Shown: piece by piece, positions 11,601 through 23,265 of the stretch
Layout: each line of letters starts with the position of its first letter
Position numbering within the stretch: the stretch's first letter is position 1
Source: Vicugna vicugna
Lineage: Eukaryota
DNA length: 64,000 bases
Direction of reading: 5' to 3'
Assembly (NCBI GenBank): GCA_013265495.1
Contig: MU058919.1
Span: 1,798,001-1,862,000 of the forward strand
Program-made: the position numbers and the translations under genes
The notes under the pieces: model-generated
Seen by the model: the letters and a program-made list of their open reading frames with translations, nothing else
Told to the model about the DNA's origin: nothing
Database searches by the model: none

Positions 11601-14553
11601 AAAACAAAATAATTTTAAAAAATCAGAATCAGAAAACAGAAAACACTGCCTTCTACCCCAAGAGAGTTGCTGAAATCACAGAGCAAAGCACAGAAAGGTC
11701 TACCTAACGTTCTGTCAGCTTAAGATGAGGGTGTTGATCTAGGACTGAAAGGTTTGGTGTTAGGGAATTCAACTCATTTTAAAAAGAGAAAGAAGCCTGC
11801 TTAAGAAAGCTAGTTGGAAATGCTACTAACCATCTGAGCCTTCAAAAAGGCAAGTCGTAGTAGAGGGGGAAAAAAAAAAGCTACTTGGAGATTCTTGGCA
11901 ATTACTAGAAAGTGACAGGTCTTGAAGAATTGTCCATGTGGGCTTCAGAGAGAAGCATGAGTTAAGAAAAGGCAGAACAAGAAGGCAGCCTTGGTTTTAC
12001 AACCACTACATTCTCGATCAAATGCAAAACAAACACCCCACAGTGAATGCGAGAAAAACGGGGTCCTCGTCAATCATCGTCTAAAATCTGGGCAGGTTAA
12101 GTTTACTGAATGACCATTAGCAGCCCTACCTGCCGCGACCAAACCACTACAGGGCACAGAAATCCTGTCTTCACTAATTTACATTCCTAAAATCTCAAGT
12201 AAGTTTTAAAGACACCCTCAGTTCCATTATTCTGGTTCCTAATCTTTACAAAGATTAGGCAAAGGAGTTTACACAAAGTAAACGATGCCTTCAATGGTGT
12301 CTTTCAAAATGAAAAGTCCTCTAAAACCAGTTAAACATGATGACAGCCTTCAATTCCCTTAAGGAAATCTACTTAAACATAATGTTAATACAGAGAGATC
12401 GAGTTTTACGACATGCTAATGAACTGATATTGTTTTCCTTCAGTTACTGCCAAAGTTCTTTGAGTGGACCCCTGGAGTCTTCAGAATACATTTCATCGTT
12501 AAGCCTGCAAATGGGGGTGGATTGAAAGAGAGGTTGCTGGGACACAATGCAAGGAGAAAAGGTGCCCGCAGCCCTGGCGGCATCTGTGCACAGGTCTCCC
12601 ACCTTCATAGGTCTCCTACCTTTATGAGCCTGAGATGGTAACACCCCTGGGGTCACCACAGCCTACAAGGCTCTCCAGATGTGGCCACAGCGTCACTTAC
12701 CAACCTGTGAATGGCCCAGCAGGTGGGTGCCGCCCACAGGGTCAGTGCATTTTAATGGTCCTTCCAGGGATGCTGGCTCACCAAGGACCCCGACACCCTC
12801 AGCTTCATCATCTAGCCCCAGATAAAGCCATGGACCTTCAGGCTACCTCAGAAGAACCCGTTTCAGGATCTTCAGAAGCCAAATGAACAACAGATGATAG
12901 ATAATCTGGGGAGAATCCCCAAACAGGCGATCTGGGTTTTGCTTTGTAAACTGTACCCGAAGGACCAATTGAAATCCAAACAGAGCAAAAGAAATGTCCT
13001 ACAGGGGTGAGGGATCAGTGGGAAAAACCCTGGCTTAGCCTTTGGTTAAGTGGTTGCCATAATGCCACAGTGAGTGACAAAATGATGTAAACTGCACTTT
13101 GAGAAAGAAAATGAAGCTTTGGAGGAAGATAGATGGTGGGAAATGAGCTTCCTGAAGTCAATTTTGTAAATGTCCAAAAGCTACTAGTGCTCCCTGATTA
13201 TGTACTCAGGTCAGTAGCTTTGGGGCATATTTTGGTTTCAGTTTTTTTTTTCTTGGTTGGGGCGTGGGGGGAGGGAAACATATGGTTCAGACATCTAGTA
13301 ACATAAAAAGGTACACAGGGAGGTCTCCCACTCTGAAAGCCCCCACCCCATGGCCCAGGAAGAACCAGTAGGACACTTCAACACACCCTGAAGCTTCACT
13401 CTGGTTCCTGGAGCCACACCTGTTCCCCAATTAGGCAGAACTGCTCATCTTTCCTCAGGGAATGCCAAGCAGCCCAACCCAGGGTGACAAGGTCACACCC
13501 CGGTCACATGCCCTCCATCTGATCCAGGGCCCCACCCTCTGATCCCCTGGGGCTGATGCAACACTGGTGTCCCAGAGAGAAGTGCACAGACAGCTCTGGT
13601 GCTGTGAGCACAGGTTCCCCACCCTTTCCAACACCAGAGGCCAGGCAGGCTTCAGAATTCAGATGGGATTTAAAAGGGCAACCCAGAGTTTATATAACAT
13701 GATGATGGATGCCAAAACTAACCGTTAACAATTCTGCACTAGGACACAGGGGTAACCTTACCCAATCGGATTCATAGACAGAATATACAAAAATATTCCC
13801 TCAACAATTCAGGCCAGGGCAAAAATCTGCCACCCAGTGGGTTACGAAGAATTAAAGCTCTCAGAGCTTTTCACAATTTGGATGTGAGGTTAAGGAATTT
13901 TGGGCCTGTGATTTCATTCCCCTCCGCCCAATCTAACCCCTACCAAAATATTCTCTGGGACTTTGAAGGAGACAGAACAATGAAAAGTGAAGACCCTGTA
14001 ATCTACATGGAGCTTGTAAGGTCAAAGAAACACATAAACCAAGTTATTTTAGCAGGTGGAATCCCCGTGCTGGTGGAGGAGCATTCTGTGAGGTTTGAGA
14101 GCCACAAGGAAGAAGCAAATGTGCAAACCACACGTCTGCTGAGACGATCTCCTTCGCCAACAAAGAATTTCCGAGTGAATCGTTCTGTCTGGTTTAGATT
14201 TAGAAAATACGTCTCCTGGTGTTAAATGCAAAAACTCAAGAACGCTAAATATTTTCACTTGCTAAAAGCTTTCATCAGGAACGGAGGATCTGAGCAGAAA
14301 CAAGCCATGATTTTCTTAATCGGTTGTTGTATTTGTGTCATAATGAAAATTAAGTGTTGCTGAAGAAAATGAGACGCTTTCTGCGTTAAGAATTTTCACA
14401 CATTTTTTAAGCACCTGACTTACAAATATGCTTTAAAAATAAATACATTCACTTGAATACTAACGCATTCTTTAAAGATAAAAGCAAGGAGAGACAAACA
14501 AGAAAGGTACAGGCCCATAAGCAAACTTTCACCCAAGTTAAGAGGTGTAAAGA

Positions 14554-14644
14554 CCATGAATGACTGAAAAATTGTGCTGAACACTGGAATTTGACACAAC
14601 ATTGTAAAATGATCATAAATCAATAAAAAATGTTAAAAAAAAAA
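14554..14644 (+). mobile_element. Young, heavily 5'-truncated lineage-specific L1 3' end with poly(A) and target-site duplication
   Basis: The body TGACTGAAAAATTGTGCTGAACACTGGAATTTGACACAACATTGTAAAATG...AATAAA...poly(A) is flanked by a perfect 14-bp direct repeat AAGAGGTGTAAAGA (14540-14553 and 14645-14658). Insertion is at TT|AAGA, an L1 endonuclease-type site. Confidence 0.85.
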
Positions 14645-17600
14645 AAGAGGTGTAAAGAGACACCTTTCTTCCTCAGGTGTTAAGAATGAGGAATCATACA
14701 AACACAGGTGACTTTTTCCTTTCCCACCTGTCAGAACATTTCCTCCTTTGGCGTGGCAGTTCTGATCTGCAGCTGAGCAGTCTGGTCGAACAGGGCGAAG
14801 AAATTAGCACCCTCAATTTTCTGTGTGGAGAGAGGAAGCTCTATCCTCACCAAACAGCTCATCTTTCGTTACACATTACATGCAAGATGTTACTGTAGGA
14901 TGCTTGTATCTGAGCAAGTAAAAGTGAACCCCACGCAGAGTAAGTATCCAGAACACTGGAAAGTTTGGAAAGGTCTCATGAAAATGCCTGTGGAGGGGCC
15001 GCTGCCAGGGGGAGGCTTTGGGATGACCATTCTGTGCCCCAAAGGTCGCCTCAAGGGGAGGTCTGCAGCCTGTGCACCCATATGCATTTGCTGTGGTCCA
15101 GGGTGGCATAAAAGCTTGGGTATCTGGTGGCCACTAGAGGCTTAGAGCTGGGCTGGGCGGGGGCGGGGGTGGCGGGGCGGTGCACCACCAAGGCAGGAGC
15201 CACCAGGAGACAGCTAACTGGAGGTGATATGCTGAATTTGTGCTAAACTTTAAGACTTGGTAGGGAGCAGGCTTCTCTACTTTAACATTTTAAAGGCAAC
15301 TCTGGATCACTTGGCTTATTCTAACACACAGGAACTGCACTTGTAGTTATGGGAATCAGCTGGTTATCAAGCAATCCGCAATGACAAGATTGTGAATGTT
15401 TATAGAAATCTTGAGGTTAGATCTTGAAGATGTTTGCCCCTGGGGGGCCCTAAATCCTCACATGCCTTCTCAGAGCGTCCGCCTTCCTTAGGGGGCACAA
15501 CTGCTTTGCTGCCCTTGTGAGATCCCAGGCCATGTGTCTCTTGACACTGTGCAGTCTGGAATCAAAGTTTCAGGGCACACTCTCTGCAGTTCTGGCCAAA
15601 GGGAACCACCCGTGTGGGGCCGATCTTCTGCTCCAGCCTTTCCCTGGAGCAGGCGCACCCAGCGGTGGGGCCCTCCAGCCGACAAGAGGGCGCTGCACAC
15701 CCTTCTCCAGGCTGCAGAGACCTGGGATGCTTTGCCAGGACTCACCTTGGTCATTTCAATCCCAACCCGGACTCTCGAAGAACCCAGAGAAAGCGAGACC
15801 AGAGGCCTCCAGGAGGAGAGGTCTGAGATGGCTCCAGGATGACACACTGCTTGTCTCCTCAATCTCAGGACAAAAAAGGGACAGAAGAGACCTCCAATCT
15901 CCCTTAAAGCAACAGGCGTTCAGCCTCCAGGAACACGGCCAGCCAGGGGACAGGACCGCAGCAGGGTCCTCCTGCTGCCTGACTCCCGGGCTGGCAGCGA
16001 GGGTCACCCTTTCAGAGAGGAGTGAGTTGAAGCTCAGGCCGAGGAGAGGCGGGTCACAGAGCAAGGAGGCTCTCCGCCCCGGGCTTGGGGTCCCTGATCC
16101 AAGAAAAGCCATGGGCCACCCTGAAGGAAGATTTTCCATTAAAGCCGTGCTTCTCATTGAAAGACGCATCAGTGAGGAATCGCCCACAGTGATGAGAGAG
16201 GAAGACAGCTTGGCGGAGACATAACATGTAAGGTGAGGAAAGGACTGAGGTGTAGTTTCCATTACAGACCACAGATTCCGGGCACCACACGCACCTGGTG
16301 GACTGGTGACTGCTCAGTTCTCATCAACCCCGGCATCTGCTTGTTGTGAAACACAGATGACCTCAGAATACACAACCTTTTCAGCAGACGCTAATTTGGA
16401 GAGGAAGGTGGAAAAAAGATAGATGTTTCCAACCTTATTCAGGAACTGATTCTGGCCAGCAGCACAGGCCCAGAGGCTGCTCCTTCATGGCTGTGGGCTC
16501 ACCCCGGCCAGGCTGCCCACAGCAGGGGGGATGGCTGACCTGTCTGGCCTTTCCTGATCACTAAGTTTTAAGAAGCCAGCACATGGATGCAGTAAATCAG
16601 CTCCCTCCCCCACACCAGCAGGGCGCCCGAGTGGTTCAGGCTGCAGCAGGAAAGGAGGGGCTGTTGTGGGGTCAGTGCTGAAGCAGGAGGGAACACACGC
16701 CCCTGGCAATCCCCGCATCTCCAGGACCAGCATCCTTTCACCACCATTTCAAGGCCAACAGGTTGCCACAGCAACAGGTGCCACTGGACAGCACGGCTTA
16801 GTCTTGGCCTGACTTGGCAGGTGATGCCACTGGAAGGACCCCACACGTGGATATGCTGGGGCAGGATTTCGCCTTCTCCAGGAAGCCTCCTGATGAGGCT
16901 CTCTCTGCCCTTCTTCTTGCTTTGCTTCTGACACCACAAGCCCCTCCCTATTTTGTTCCAAATCACATTAAGTGGGATTTGCTTGGACCTCCTGGAGGAA
17001 GGTAATCTGTATGGCCCACCTCAAGGTGGACAATCCAGACAGGCACGTGGGCTACCTGGTGGCCGAGGAGAGGATGAGAGAGGCCAGCAGCCAGGGTGGC
17101 CCAGGTCAGGCTGACAGGAAAGGGGATTCAAGCTGGTCCGGCAGAGATAAAGTCATCAACATGAAGGATGGATGGCTGGGGCTCTTGTTTCGTTTTCAGA
17201 AAGCAAGTTGTCTGGAAAGATTATCTCAAAAACAAACAGAAGAGCTCACTCCAAACCCAACCAAGTTCAGCGCCGGACGGGTCACACAGTCACCAAAGAC
17301 CCAACCCAATAAAGGCTTCTGAGCAACACTGCTCCAAAACCTGCAGTCCAGCCTGGAGTGTGCGGGCCGGGAGGAGGCTGAGCAGCCGGGGACCCGGGCA
17401 CAGCCTCTCACTCAGCTCTGCCCATCACCTCCCGCATCCGAAGGGCCACCCCTCCAGGGCACGGCAAGGGACAGGAGTGCTCCACACGGGCCCTGGAGGG
17501 CAGCCCATCCTCTACCTCAGAGGAGGAGCCGCATCACAAAGGCACTCGCAGGAGAGCCAGCTCAGGCCTTGGGAGCAGACTGTAATTTTGTTTTATGACA

Positions 17601-18793
17601 ACAGATACTCTGCGTCTGGATCTTCACAAATATCCAAATTCCATCGTGATGTTTCTCTACAAGGCAGCCACTGGGGGCATCCACAAGCCCACACCGTTGT
17701 CTCACACAGGAGTTTTATGGACGTGTTAAGCAGGAATCCGACATCCCTAACTCCAGAAAGTCTTTAAAGAGGTTCTTCCCAGACCTTATCTTTTCAACCT
17801 GAGTCATGGAAAGGAAAACCTCAATCTTCCTTGTAGCTGAGTTTAACAACATGAAATAAAACAGCTTGCAGTCATCCATTTTGTTAAACACAGTTTTAAT
17901 GTGGAGGACTGGGTGGGGGTGGGGGGTGGAAACCAGAGGGAGGTGGGCTTTGCTCGTATCCATGCCGGCCACGGGGGTGGGGGTGCGGGTCCCCAGTTCA
18001 GGTGGGGGAGGAGACGCAGGGGACAGTCACGTGTCACACGATTTCATCTTTGCTGGTGAAATGTGAGAAGAAAAGCAGGGCGCCATTGAACATCTCCTCG
18101 TGCTTCTCTGTTTTGGGGTATGCCTGAATTCTTTCACCTGTCTCACGGTGGACTCCAGCTCTGGCCTCCAAGTCTTTGGTGGGTGAACAGTGCCACTTCT
18201 GCATTTACTGTAGCCCCGAATGTTCTGAGTGATGGCTAAAATATCACTTGGTGCAGAGTGGTTGCTGGAACAGAGGGGAAGACATGGCCACACTCCCTGT
18301 GAGAATTTTCTAGGTGTGAATCCTTGTCATGATTGATGGGGTTCTTCACAAGTAGGGCAAGTGCTGGGACAGGTAGGGAGGATGGAGCACAGTCACCTGT
18401 TGGGTAACTGCAGATGACCAAGTGCCAACGGCCAAGGATCCTGGTTTTAAAGAAATCCTATTAAGGGACTCTTGACAAGGTGAAGGCCATTTAAAAATCT
18501 GCTCTGAGCTAATCTATGGGGATACTGTACACACTGGAGGCCCCATCAGATGAAGAGCAGATGGGGAAATAGATTCCAAGGGGCTGGACATTTGAACACT
18601 AGGTTCACATCCCCGGACCAGACAACCCATGAAAACGACACAAGATGACCTTCTTGGGAAAGGCAGCCCCTCCTCTGCGGCTCTGGGCCTCCCGCCTTAC
18701 AGGCCCAACCTGCTCACCTGTGGGCTCCACGTAAGTATACAGACCCCCAAAGGCTTAATGCATATTTTCTAACTGCCCACAGTCACACTCCCT

Positions 18794-19175
18794 TGTTATG
18801 GACAGACTTATGCCCCCGCCCCATTTATGATGAAGTCCTAGGCCCCAACACCTCGGTGACCTTATTTGGAGAGAGTCTTTACAGAGATAATCAAGTTAAA
18901 CTGAGGTCATATGGGTGGGCCCTAATCCAGTATGAGACAGTCCTCATTAAAAAGGGAACTTTGGACACAGGTTCGGGCGGAAGACCACATGAAGGCACAA
19001 GGAGAAGACGGCCATCAACAAGCCCAGAGAAACCTCGAACAGAGCCTTCCCTCGCGGGTCTCAGAAGGAACCAAGCCTGGCACGCTGGTCGCAGGCTTCT
19101 GCCCTCCAGGACCGTGTGACAATACACTTCCATTGTATAAAACCACTGAGCCGGTGGCCCAGGCAGACCTGCCAT
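18794..19175 (+). mobile_element. MaLR solo LTR, MLT1B/MLT1A-like
   Basis: Starts TGTTATGG. Contains GGTGGGCCCTAATCCAGTATGA, GGAGAAGACGGCCATC and CTCAGAAGGAACCAA. Ends in CA, with a near-perfect 5-bp TSD (TCCCT / TGCCT). Confidence 0.85.
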
Positions 19176-20409
19176 GCCTGCTGGAGATACTGGGGAGGAC
19201 CACCCCAAGAAACCCCCCGGGATCTTCCACCATGATTCTCAGGGAAGCTCAGGACCATCTTGCCAGGAAGCCGGGATGTGGTGAAGGGGTGGCCTCCACG
19301 GGGTGTGATTCGTCACGAGTCCTGGCTTCATCACAGAGCCAAGTCAAACTGCGTCCAGCCACGTGCCCCAAAACGCAGCAGACACAGACATGCCCCGGGG
19401 GCTGCTGTGCAGGGCGAGCAGAACCGGGCCTGGTGCAGAAGGAAGGAGCCGCGGGCCCCCAGCCAAACGGCCCCAACCCATGAGGAGCAACCTCCTGAAA
19501 GACAGAGACCTGCATTTTCAGGGGAGAAATACAAAGAAAACTGTCCTAACCTTACTTTGCTTTCAACTGTGTCCTGCCACTGTGTCCTCTGTTAACAACA
19601 GGCAGACGTCCACACCCTGACGCGGGGCGTGGGGGATGGGAGGGTGGTCCCACACTGCCGTGTTCCTTTTCCTCCATCACGCGCTGGCAGACTTCACTTC
19701 CAAGGAGGTGGGAATCAGCTCAGGAATCCCGTGTGGATTCCCCTTGGGGTGACAGCAAACAGAAGACTAGGCTGTGCCTTAAACACCAGGTCTGAGTGGT
19801 AACTGTACCGAGGCCCAGGCCCTGGGATCTGGATTTTGTACACAGTGATGAGATGTGTTTTTGCCCCAGAGCCAAGGATCCGGGGCTCAGGCTGGAGACT
19901 GTGACTCCGATCACCTCCATTAAGACAGTGCTGGAGCAGCCTGCACCTCTCTCCACACTCCAGAGTTCCCGGGAAATTCGGAGCAGAAGCCATCTCTGAC
20001 TGTGTATGTGTACCCACACCACAGCATGCTATCCAGGGGCCTCCATCTGCGGGGCGGGGGCGCCGGTGATGCCCAGCCCTGATGTCCAGCACCACGAGGA
20101 ACAATGACCCAGCCCAGAAAGGGAAGCCGCACAGGACTCTTGGCAAAGGCGGCAGGGACAGTATGTTGCATCCAGCTTCTATCTGCAGGGGATGCCCAGA
20201 CCCAGAACCCCATGACATGTCAGCTCTCTCTCCACAGCACCCTACTGATGGCACGAGGGCGCTCACAGTGGGCATGCCTAAGGAACAGTGGGGAGGGGGC
20301 TTGAGTTGTCGAGGGTCCATGGAGGATTTTCAGAGCCATGACCCTTCCTAAGAGGCCTATGACCTGCCCCCCCTCTGCATGGGGGAAGTCCATCGTTGCC
20401 ATGGAAGCC

Positions 20410-20901
20410 AGAAAAAGAATCAACACACCTGGCCCCCAGTGAGCCCCACCTCCTGGAATCTGTGTCCTGTGTAAGTAATCCCTGCTTCTGACAAACAGAC
20501 TTGATTCTAACAACAGGCAGGTGCAGGGGATGTCATTGCCAAGATTAAACTGTGGCTTTCAGTCTTGGGCACCCTCTGTCTCTGTCTCTGGAAGCCAGCT
20601 GCCGTGTCGTGAGCTGCTTTGTGGAGCAGCCTGAAGAACTGAGGGTGGCCTCTGGTGAACAGCTATTGAGGAACCAACCGAGTCATGCCAACAACCACGT
20701 GGCCTCCCCAGGTCCAGCCTTCGGATGAGGTGGCAACTCGGGCGGCCATCCTGACAGCAACATCACAAGAGACACCGGCCAGGGCCCCCAGCTGAGCTGT
20801 GCTGGATGCCTGACCCAAGTAAACCGCAAGGTGAATTATGCTGTTTTAAGACTCTAAGTTTTGAGGTGGTGTGTCCGTCACAACAAGAGACAACTAATAC
20901 A
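20410..20901 (+). mobile_element. MaLR solo LTR, MLT1E/MLT1F-like
   Basis: GGAAGCCAGCTGCCGTGTCGTGAG, CAGCCTTCGGATGA, and a terminal GCTGTTTTAAG...CTAAGTTTTG...GACAACTAATACA. The 5' boundary is approximate. Confidence 0.8.
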
Positions 20902-22147
20902 ACGCTTTAGCCAATCTACCAAATTTACTATGGTCACCAATAGTCAGTTCAACAGGAAAGACAAAAATAATACATTTGTACTGCACTGGCTCCAAGGTTC
21001 TATTACCTACAGGATGGAGAATGCCAACAAAAAGCTACCGAAATGCTATAAATCCTCAGCTGCCCAGGATGACAGGCGGTCTTGCCTGTGCTATGTCCAG
21101 CTGCGTAAACTTGGGGCTAAACTCCATTCTCTGCACGGCACCAATGCCACAGGCCTGGAGAACGGAGACTCTGCCGGGGTTTTCACTCACCCCAGATGCT
21201 TCAATAAATTCCAGCGCTGTGCTCACCGCGCACAGAGTTAACTAGGGCACCCTGGGGTCTCCACTCTGACTCACGCACACCCATAAATCTGAGACATTAA
21301 GAAGATCTATCAGAAGTGGGGCCCCGCATTAAGAATGCAGCCTTCGAGGCCACCCTGTGCATGGTGATGCACTGGATAAACAGGCCCTCTTGCTTTCTCA
21401 TTCTTAGAAGAGGTCCTTGAACTGCAACTATTAAAGTTGAGCGCTCTGAATAGAGGGAACAGGATGCAGGCAACGTGAAAGGCACTCTGGGAAGAGTTTC
21501 AGAGTCTAAATGCAGCCCCCATCCCTGCAATGTGAAAGGACAGTGGGGCGCCTGCGATACCAGCAAGCCTGCCCAGAACCCAAGGGGCAGAAAAGGCGCG
21601 GAGTGTAGCTGTGGGTGCGCATGCACGCACACACCTGTCCATGCATGTTCATGTGGCCCTTGGCAGTTTCTTGCAACCATGGCATTTCTGAGACTAGGTT
21701 ACCAAATCCTCAGCTAGAGAGCCCGAGACTCAACTCCTAGCACGTATTTTTGCTCATCCTACAACTCCCAGGTCACCCCCGGCTGTTGTGCAGAGGTGTT
21801 ATTGGTACAAAACTTTGGAAGCCCAGGAGCCAGTTGGAGGCACACCAGCCAGGCAGAAAAAGCGATGGCTACATCTCATTTAGCCACAACCCAGCCCCTG
21901 AAGTACACCTAACACGTCCACCCCCTCCCAGGGGGAGCTCCTGGACCTGAGGGAGAAAAGCCACAGAAACAAGAGACCAATCAGCAAAACAAAGAAAAGC
22001 TGATCTGTAAACTCATTTAGAAAACAACGTCCAGACAGAAAGGTACTGAGGGCTCCTCTGAGGAGAGGGACGACTGGGGGTGGGGGTGGGGGGCTCCCCC
22101 TGCAGTCCTGGGCGGCTGCAGTGGTTTTCACCCACGCGTATCACGTT

Positions 22148-22300
22148 AACAACAGCTCACGCTTACTGAAAGTGTGGCGGGCACTGCTCTGAGTGCTTTC
22201 CGAGCGCTGACTCACCCAACACGTACACAATATCCTGAAAACACATTTTGCTGCGTTGAATGCAGTAACTAAGGCGTCTACTCTGCAGAGAACACACCCA
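22148..22300 (-). mobile_element. MIR SINE fragment
   Basis: AACAACAGCTCACGCTTACTGA...GGGCACTGCTCTGAGTGCTTT matches the reverse of the MIR tail. Confidence 0.5.
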
Positions 22301-23099
22301 GCACAATTACCCATCTCAGTTACCACACCTGCTCTGGGTGAGGCTTTGGGCGAGTCCCCAACATCCCAGGTGCTCACAGGGCAGAGGTGCAACCCCCATC
22401 CCAGTCACTTTCAGAAGGGACAGCCCAGAGCAAGCCCAGATCCTCTAAGATCAAGTCACAAACCAGAGTCTGAAGAAGTGAGGGATGCCAGCTCAGAACC
22501 CCTTCCCTCCCGGAATGTGCTAGACTCCGAACTACACTCTGTGTGTTAGTTTCATGTAAAAGCTGAAATACTGACCCCATCTTCCTGTTCCCAGAACAGA
22601 TCCAGCCTCTGGTCAGATGGTGGTCTGAGCTCTTGCACAGGAGATGTCACTACAGAAACGTCCACAGGCTTGGGTCACCCAGCTCGCCCAGTCCCAGGCG
22701 TGGTGAGGCACACCGCAGTGACCCACCTCCCAGTCACAGCCATGGCCCCCGAAGTTTGACGAGCTGTGACCCCAGCACAGAGGCACCTGCGATGCCTGCA
22801 GATTCTGGAAGGTTCCCTCACAGCCACACACTGGTCCTCCACTGCCTTCTTGGTTAGCGGGTCTCCGTCACACCTTTCTCTGGATGGACCCGGGGCTGCA
22901 GGACCCTGGCTGGGCCCAGCTTCCCCGGCCAGCTCCCGGGGCAGAAGAGAGACGCTGCTGAAACAGGAGGCAGCAGAGTGTTCTTAGGCTCAGAGGGGGC
23001 TCAGCAAGGGTTAAATGGGTTTCTAGAAACAAAACTTATGAAAATGGCCTCAGTGCAATCTGAAGAGGTCAGCGCGCAGAGCGGCCTAATGACACTCAT

Positions 23100-23265
23100 A
23101 AGAAAAAACATCTGTCGGTGTCGAAAGGTCGGCAGGAAGTGAGTGGGGCTTACGTGGCTCTGATTGGCCCGACCGACACTCCTAGAAAGAGACACATGGC
23201 TTAACTTAGCCCAGAGGAACAACAAAAACCCCTTTCAATTGTCCTCTGACCAGCCCGCCCCTCTC
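23100..23265. promoter_or_regulatory. Intronic promoter/enhancer-like motif cluster
   Basis: ETS CAGGAAGTG (23133-23141), TACGTG (23151-23156), NF-Y CTGATTGGCC (23160-23169) and GC box CCCGCCCC (23254-23261), with local CpG enrichment. Confidence 0.4.

Noticed and set aside
13878-14225. 115-aa ORF with globular-looking composition
   Set aside because: TTG start and no family match. Part of it resembles an antisense L2 remnant.
15517-16224. 235-aa plus-strand ORF
   Set aside because: GTG start, no recognisable domain, and overlapping ORFs in several frames. Typical of stop-poor GC-rich intron.
18793-19483. Overlapping ORFs of 105-183 aa
   Set aside because: They lie in or run out of the MLT1B-like solo LTR and encode no gag/pol motifs.
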